DNA of 64,000 nt from Chrysomallon squamiferum (Eukaryota > Animalia > Mollusca). The stretch covers positions 25,110,001 through 25,174,000 of the forward strand of contig CM022673.1 in the NCBI GenBank assembly GCA_012295275.1. The letters run 5' to 3'. The notes under the pieces are model-generated. The model saw nothing but the letters and a program-made list of their open reading frames with translations. It had not been told where the DNA came from and did not search any database. Positions 55,741 to 64,000 of this stretch are shown here, piece after piece. Each line of letters begins with the position of its first letter. Within the stretch, counting starts at the first letter, position 1. A program made the translations under genes and the position numbers.

Positions 55741-56439
55741 GTGTGTGTTTGTGTGTGTGTGTGTGTGTGTGTATGTTCTTTTTGGTTGATTACTAAACTA
55801 ACTCTGGATATTTGCTTTCAGTCAGATTTCGGTTTAAATTATTTTTTCTTCTTGTATTTCTCAGACGGTCTGCTGAAAAAAGTTATAATCACGTACCACC
55901 ATGATATAACAGTAACAACGGAATTTTTTTTTATTATTATTTTTATTATTTTTTATATAAATAAAGTTATGTTTCTCTTTCAGGTTTGTATATTATGAGT
56001 TTTTGTACCTGGATATTCAGACTGGTAACCAAATAATCAAAGAAAAAACAAACAAAACCCCGATGCAGCTAATAGATAGCAATAACTGACATTAGTATCA
56101 TATTTATTCTGTTTGTCTAGAGGTTTCGACTGTCCTCTTTTTCTTCTTTCTACAGAGTTATTTATTATTGTTGTTGTTGTTGAATTCAGTGATGTAACTG
56201 GTTGATTACCAAATGTTACTGATATATTTTGATCCTGGGGCACCGATTCTCGTTCTCTCGATTTCATGATTAAATCAAAGTGACAAGGTGCTAGATTTAT
56301 TGTCTGGATTGAAACCGTTTTGTTTCGTTGTGCAGACAGAACTATGGCTTTTGGTATTTTTAATATTTACTCTGATTGTTAGATTTATTCATGATAGGCT
56401 GATGTATTTCTTGCGCTCATGCAACATAATTTATAATAT

Positions 56440-56488
<49 letters not shown>

Positions 56489-56589
56489 TACATACATACA
56501 TACATACATACACCGTTAGATAAATAGATATAGATATAGATATTATATACAGTTTCGTTTAATTGGTTGTATCTATAATGTTATGATGA

Positions 56590-57620
56590 TTATAATTTAG
56601 CGATTAGATTAATATGGTTAGTCTTAAAATTAAATTCAGAACTGCTGTGATGTGAAATTTAATTACTGGATAACTACTGGTTTGATGTTAATTTGCAAGT
56701 TGTATCGATATTGCTTTATTAATTTACTGTTTGGATTGATCCTTTTGAACTCTATAATGTATTGGATTGTTATTGCTGTGCTCTTACCAACTGGACAGAC
56801 AGTACATTTACTGATGTTTAATTTGTGCATAATATGTTCGATATCACTGTATTAATTTTATTGACTAGATCGATAGTGCTCTGTTCAAATTACTTATTGG
56901 ATTGACACTGTTGCGATATTTAATGTATAATGCGATATGTGCCGCTATGATAGTTAATCTGTTGACTAGATTCATAGCGATTGTATCGATAATGCTGTGA
57001 TATTTAATTTAACGTGGAACTATATTAGTCTTCACTTTAATTTACTGATTAAAACGATGTGTGATATTTATCTTACTGATATGGTCGATACTGCCTTGGT
57101 GTTTAATTTACCAACTGTATCGATAATGTTATGGTGTTTAATTTACCGATTGTATCGATTCTGTTTTGGTGTTTAATTTACTGATTATATCGATTCTGTT
57201 ATGGTAGTTAATTTACTGATTGTATTGATTCTGTTATGGCGTTAAATTTACAAGCTTTTTGTTTAATTTACCGATGAAATAGAAAAACAGTGAGTTTAAT
57301 GCACTGATAGGATCGATGCTGGTTTGGTGTTTTAATTTCGTGATACAAACCTCTGCCTTTGTTCTGTTTAACTGAACGATACTGTAACCAAATTCAATCT
57401 ACCGTTTTGTTGCTTAATTTACTAATATGGTCTTACAAGAATTGTACATAGCTTAATTGATTAACTGATGTATATTGCTTAATTACTGATAGGATCGATA
57501 CTGTTTTGGTGTTTAATTTACTAATATGAATTATAGCACTGTTCTGTTTAATATACTGTCATGATTGAAACTGCTATGTAATTTAATTTACCGATAGAAT
57601 CGATACTGCTGTCGTGTTTA
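56590..57620. repeat. Degenerate minisatellite, ~35-bp unit
   Basis: Consensus approximately gtttaatttactgattgtatcgatactgttttggt, best preserved at 57100-57250. Confidence 0.85.
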
Positions 57621-58310
57621 CTTTATTTTTCAGATCGTCTGCCAGGTGACATTACAAACTGGACTCTTTCGGCGATAATGGATTCTCTATGGAAAAGAAA
57701 ATGAGATACATACACGGATACATGCACACATACAAAACCAATTACTTTTTCTTTTTATTTTTATTTATTTATTTTTTTTTTTTTTTTTTTTTTTTTTAAC
57801 CGTATTATAATACAAGATAAAAAGACTAAGTGGGTACTTACGCAGTGCTTAGTTTTCATTATACTATGACTGTTTGCAGAATTAGCTTCTCAAAGACTCA
57901 TAGGTATATTAAATTTTTCAGTTTAGAATATCTTTATATTAATGGGGAAAAAAATATAGTTCAATACTACTAAAAACTTTATTTCATAATTAACGAAAGC
58001 TTTGAATAACCTGTTCAAAACTTTATTTTGAAAATAATCTCAAAATCAATGTTTCTGCCATACGTTCATATCTATAATGGAATACTGGTGCTGCTATGCA
58101 AATTACTGGTTAACATAAACATGTATATTTCACATTTCATATTAGTTTTTGATTAAGATGTAAGTTAGACTTAGATTTGTTCTTTGACAACATAAAACCA
58201 TAATTTGTCAGAGAAGGCTACTGTTACTTAATACCACTTTTAACTGTTTTAATACATGCGATATTGTCACTGTTATAACCAGCCATTGTTTAATTAATAG
58301 AAAAATTTAA

Positions 58311-58357
<47 letters not shown>

Positions 58358-60692
58358 GTAATAAGTGTAAGTAAGTAAGTAAGTAAAATAAATAAATAAA
58401 TAAAATAAATAAATAATAATTAAAATATTGTTATTGTAATACACTGTTTATTGTTCTGTCTAACTTTAATTAGACAATACATAAACATTATTGGCAAAAA
58501 CTTCCCACAAAGGATGAGCGACAACCTGTAAAATCTGAACATTAAGTGTTAGGAAAGATGTGTATCTAGTGCACAAATATACACTGACCAAGCGAAAAAT
58601 AAACACTGACACAAAAAAAAATGAAGAAAGTTATTTTATAAATAATAATACAAGTAACAACAACTGTATAAACAACATTATCTATAAATAATTAAAAGTT
58701 TTAGGTAATATACAAATTCAGTGTTCATTATGTCTGCTAGTTGTGGCTCATTTGCACAATACAATTATAGGTTAATTTGGGACTAATTTATAAAACAAAA
58801 AACATTTTTAGTTTATATTAAATAAATATACTTATGAACTTATTCATATTAATCAATGATGAGCATTTTATATTGCTGAATTTGTAAAACAGCACTGTTT
58901 TTATTTTTTTTAAATATGGTAACTTAATAAATTAACTGTTTTAAAAATAATACCACTAAATAAAATAAAATAAATCAATGTCATTAAAGATGTTTAAAAA
59001 TATTCATACTGTTACAATGATGAAAGCTCATTTTTGAAACTTTTATTATTAGTGATGTTAGAAACAAGCTCAGTTTAAAAAAAAGAAAGCTACATATTAT
59101 GTAGTAACAAAACAGTTTTGTTGAAATCATGTATGTTATCAAATAATATGTTTCTAGTTTTAAAATAAGAATTAAAAGGATTGTTCTCTTTAAAATTCTT
59201 ACCTTCATGTATGTAAATTAATATATATGATTTCTGAGAGAAAAAAAACAGACCTCGAGTGTACAAAATTTCATAAACCTATATAGTGTGTTTAAATTAT
59301 TCTGATTCACATTATATTTAGCTATACAGTATGTTTTGTAATAGTTTGTTGATACATTCCTATACACAGTCTTGGATTCATATATGAATAGAATGTATTT
59401 TGTATTTTTTATAACATCACATTTACAGTATAATATCAGCATATTTTATACTTATATATTTATTATACAAATAATTTTATAATAGTCTTACATATTGTTG
59501 CTCTTCCCTTTTGTCTGTTATTTTGAACGTATACATGCATGTATCAGTGGTAATAATAAATACTGCAATCTTTTTTATGTGTTTTTTTTTCTTCTCTAGC
59601 TTTGTAAAACATTGAGTGACAGTCGTTTCAGTCAGATGTCTCATGGAATTTCTTGAACACTCTGTAACTATTCAAAATGTGGAAATTAATTAGCAAATAC
59701 ATTGAATTTTTCAGTTAGATTCACATGGATCTAACATCTGTAAATGGCTCATAGAATATTTTCTTTAATGTACGCATGGAAAACAATAATAAATTACGAA
59801 AACAAATAACAATTTACATTTTATTATTATTACTGTTATATTATTTTTATTACTACTACTATTATTATTTTGCCCTCATTCCAAAAAGTTCTTCCAATAA
59901 AATCATAATATCCTGAACATATAAAACTCAGTATACTGAAACAATGATATTTTGTTTTGTTTTGTTTTGGGGTCTAAAACTTTATATGAGAAATGTATTA
60001 ATATCACTGGATTAAATTTGTATTCACCTTCTTTGCAAACTCATTCCAAGGTATTTATCTGTATTTAAGAAATATACATCACAGATTGCTGAAATACTTG
60101 GAGTCTGTATGAAGGGAGGGGTGTACAACTAAATTTAAAACAGAATAATTAATATCAGTTTCATCTCCTTAGAGAACAAAATGCCATCAAACTCCCTCAA
60201 TTTGGACAATGCATTACAAAGCTGAAAGTGATTTAAAAATGTTATATTAACAGATTAAGCACTGCTCAATAAAAAGGCTTAAGATGTTACCGGGTTCCAC
60301 AATTAAATTTATAATAAATTTTCATGACAAAGTTCTGAAACAACAAAATGACTTTTATATAAATGTTTATTTTAAATAATTATTATTGTAAGAATTAACG
60401 AGTTTACAACAAAATTCAAATATAAAATGCTCACAATCTTTTGAATGTATTTTGAGAATAATTAAAATGCACGAACCTGATCAAAGCAACATTATGGAAA
60501 TTAGTTTTTAAATCAGTCTGTTAAATTAAGAATGTAAATAAATCTAACGAACAACCATTATTATAAAAACATAATCAGGGTCACATCACTGGAAAATAAT
60601 GAACACAATTTTGGCAAATCAACTGAATAAATTAACACATTTACAACAATACTGAATTCACAATAGTAAGAGACATATGCTGACTTCTCAGA

Positions 60693-62246
60693 TTATTTGG
60701 ATTTGTTATCACTCTGAATGAAACTGATGCAATGTTCCAACCAGCAGATGGCCAAAGCACAGAATTCAGATGGAAACTGAGACTGCAACTCTTGCAGGAA
60801 GAACAACAGTTTAGAATACCGCTCCAGTATGTCAAACTTGCACATTTTCTGCAGTTTGCGTAGGCACACAGGACACAAGAACAATGGCTGCTTCAAGGCT
60901 TCCTCCATAGCTGTACTCTCATTCATCAGGCAAACAAAAAATCTGCAGTGTTCTAAACCAAATACATGACACAGTTCATGACTTATCACCTGAAAGAGAA
61001 ATATTATCATAAAATGTGAATTATTAACACAGATAATTAAAAGAAAACTAAAGTTAACTGAAGTTCTAAAGGAAAGGCTAATAAAATAACACATGCAGTG
61101 GTACTTGAATAATAATTATATTGATACAATTGTTTGGTACTGTTACCAGTAAAATTGCAGTTTCTTAAAAGTAGAAAAAAATGATGCAATATCTTCATTC
61201 TTTTCTGTTTTAAATTTACAAAGAAATTTCAATTTTTGTAGTTTGTTTTATATTAAAATTTAATTACATTTCCCAGTATTTGTAATTTTTCAGTTTTATT
61301 TTACATTACCTTTAAAAGTTTCCAGATCAACAGACCATCAACTTTTGGAAATATCTGAATGAGTTGACTCTTCAAATGTTTTAGGATCAACTCTACCAAA
61401 ACAAAAGATGCCACTTTTATGCTGAAATGAAGCTTCACCAAATACAAAATTCATGTCATCCTCAGGATACAGATCTGTCCATGTAATACCAACAACACAA
61501 AAACCATCACTGGGGAGCAGTCGTTGTAACAAAGGATAGAAGTCAGAAGCTCTGTACTGTTTCTGACCTGTAACTGAATGGACTCTGCTTTTAATTAAAG
61601 ATGTCCAGCCCAACTGTTCTGTAGAACATTTGGGATTTATACAAACATCAAATCCCATGAAAAATATCTGTGCAAATCCCTGTAACAGTCCAAATAAATC
61701 AGTTCTTAACTGTCCAAAACTGATCTCAAAGTTGAGTACGAAATCTGGGAAATCATCAAGTGGCTGGATGTATATTATTGTTTTCTTTGGAGCGCAAACA
61801 GCAGCTAGTTTTGGGAAGTTATACACTGATCTGAATTTGACATATGTCTGATTAAAATAAAGTGGAACTGTTTGCTTAATGGCTTCAAACAAACCATTGC
61901 CTTCAGAAGGTCCATCACACAAGACAGGCTGGTTACAAGCAGAACTTGGTCTTGTATTAGTCTGTATTGGTTCCTCCACTGATGCCAATTCATTCATTTG
62001 AAAATGGTTATCATTTTGTAGATAACTATTCTCTTCTGTCATTCCAAAGTGTTCATCGAGTTTTTGAAAATGTTTTCGTTGTGAATTGAATTCATAGGAA
62101 TCCAAACAGCCTTTTCCCAAGTTAAATATCTTCTGAGCAGTAGGTGTCAGCTTATCCAGATCTCCAAGAAGATATTTACAGTCTCGAGAACTGGGAGAAT
62201 GCTGTGTTCTGTCATATGTTGACTCCATGCTTATACTGCCCCCCAT
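60693..62246 (-). CDS. AMZ2: Archaemetzincin-2-like zinc metalloprotease (peptidase M54), with an apparent 1-nt frameshift near 61345
   Basis: Exons 61310-62246 and 60693-60989. Motifs IYIQPL, VGITWTDLYPEDDMNFVFGEA, HELCHVFGLEHC, CLMNES, LCPVCLRKL. The frame breaks at SKS* but resumes one base on as KVDGLLIWKLLK into a phase-0 donor. Confidence 0.88.
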
Positions 62247-62849
62247 TGCAAACCTAAAAATTAAAAGAAAAAGTAAAAAAAAAAAAAAAAAAAAAATACT
62301 TGTTGTCCTTTAGTATTTTTTAGGTATTATTTGCAATCAGCTAATAAAAAAAAAAAAAAAATGGTTTAACGTATAAAATATCTATATTATTTAAGAAGTG
62401 TATCTGAATTCCATCTTTAACTGTATAATATAATTATACATATTTATTATTTGATACTTTCCAGAACTGGTTATGTATGACAACTAAAGCCTCTAATCCC
62501 CTGACAGTGACACTGTTACAGCATCTGGATAACAAATAACGAAAAACGTTGATATTGTGACCGCAGATTTTCAAAATTTAAACTTTGGTTAGTGCAGTCG
62601 TATTTAAATTGCTTGACATATAAAGACAACCTATACCCATGGAATATCAGTATCATTAACTATTCATGTATATTATAATTATTTATATATACACTGCATT
62701 TCAGCAAACCTATAGTATTTTAACTATTTATAATTTAATGTTTTATCGCATTACTTTAAGTATTTTAAATTTTACTACAAAATTAACTATGAAAATGTTG
62801 TTGTTTGGTAGTAATTAATAAAATATAATAATTCTACAAACTGTGCGTA

Positions 62850-63070
62850 ATTTTGTAACGTGAAAAATAGTAACTTCATGATACGTACACACAACACTGT
62901 TTAGCTCATGATAACGTTTATGTTGATGATCTACTACCTGTCAAAGATTACTCAGACAACTAGCTTTCCATTTCCGTAAAGGGAAGTAATTTCAATTGAG
63001 AGAACTGTGCTTTGATTTTCGTAACAAATATTAAATATTGGTGTACACTTTATGTTTGGTTAGATACAAG
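62850..63070. promoter_or_regulatory. Putative bidirectional promoter between AMZ2 and the kinesin-like gene
   Basis: Head-to-head genes; minus-strand donor cag|gtagta at 62937; CpG patch; AAGGGAAGTAA motif at about 62979 (also at about 50833, upstream of the orphan gene). Confidence 0.4.
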
Positions 63071-63719
63071 ATGGTGCCACTTTTAAATTAATATTGTAAG
63101 AATTAATGGAAAGATATCTGGAGATCTGACCCCCAGCCTTTCTACTCTCCATTTGCAAACATTGTAGAATATTAGAATATCTCTTCCTCCTTTGTTTATT
63201 TATTGCTATTTAAAATGCACAATTCACAAATTGATTATCAAATGTAATTTGTAAATTATCAAAATCTGAAAATGTATACGGTATAGGCTAACCTTTTTTT
63301 TTTCAGCTCAAATTAAATGCTAAGTGACTTTAAAATTCTAGTAAATAAACAGTTCGGTTTATTTAAATTGTATTTGTCGTAAAATAAAGTTTTTTCAGTT
63401 GTGTAATAATAATAATTTTATTTAAAGATATTTAAAATTAAATGGTCATCTGATAAAATAAATATTGATTTTAATTCATTATTGTTATAAAAGTTATTAG
63501 TAACATCATTACTTACATCTTTGCAAACAATATTATTCAGTATTATAACTCATTTCAGAAAAAATTATGTCAAAATGTTACTTCCTTTGATTCATAAAAA
63601 TTACATAACGTTCAGTAATATCAAATAGGTGTAAATCTGTTAAAAACATTTAAAAATTATTAATATAATTATAATAACTATTTTTAAAATTTTAATTTTA
63701 ATTTTTTTTTTTTTTTTTT

Positions 63720-63771
<52 letters not shown>

Positions 63772-63871
63772 TTAGGTAAACATAGTAAAGCAATTCATGC
63801 AATGGTTTGGATATATTATCTAAATTTGCCTGACATCAGAACAGAGTTACAGGTTCTACTGCTTGGAAGCT

Positions 63872-64000
63872 ATGGCACAAATCAGAACATATGCACGACT
63901 CAAACCAACTCCTGAACCATATGAAGAATATGAAATTGTCAACAACCATCTAAGAATCCGAGTTCCAGAGGTGTACAGAGACTACAGTCCCTCCCCAGGC
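63872..64000 (+). CDS. N-terminus of a kinesin motor-domain protein (KIF6/KIF9-like), truncated by the window edge
   Basis: MAQIRTYARLKPTPEPYEEYEIVNNHLRIRVPE: I-x-x-Y-A-R-L-K-P matches the first kinesin beta strand (IxVxxRxRP; IQIFARVKP in KIF6). Confidence 0.6.
   Translation, partial: MAQIRTYARLKPTPEPYEEYEIVNNHLRIRVPEVYRDYSPSPG

Noticed and set aside
56590-57620. 35-bp periodic array as a CRISPR-like locus
   Set aside because: Head-to-tail degenerate units with no unique spacers, in a eukaryotic context with no cas genes.
61338-61340. In-frame TGA in AMZ2 as selenocysteine or readthrough
   Set aside because: Reading through leaves the wrong phase at the donor; only a 1-nt shift restores the protein.

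Overview
AT-rich, microsatellite-laden eukaryotic DNA with GT-AG introns, most likely a mollusc or other lophotrochozoan (inferred from gene content). Host genes traced by hand: a 30-exon GNPTAB (minus), an NR1-type nuclear receptor with a CEACKG P-box (plus), a short TOPORS-like RING gene (minus), tRNA-Lys(CTT), a 4-exon ~549-aa orphan gene (plus), archaemetzincin AMZ2 with a 1-nt frameshift (minus) and the start of a kinesin-like gene (plus). The most interesting region is about 2850-7180, an endogenous parvovirus-like element. A decayed, internally deleted capsid remnant and a decayed accessory ORF, split by an Academ-like MITE, lie upstream of an uninterrupted 620-codon NS1 (HUH + SF3 helicase). 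This order is the reverse of the usual parvoviral one, and the intact ORF suggests domestication. Also notable: a UGA-CGG readthrough candidate adding a hydrophobic tail to GNPTAB, and a duplicated N-terminal exon plus an octapeptide repeat array in the nuclear receptor. Family assignments come from motif recognition only; no searches were run.
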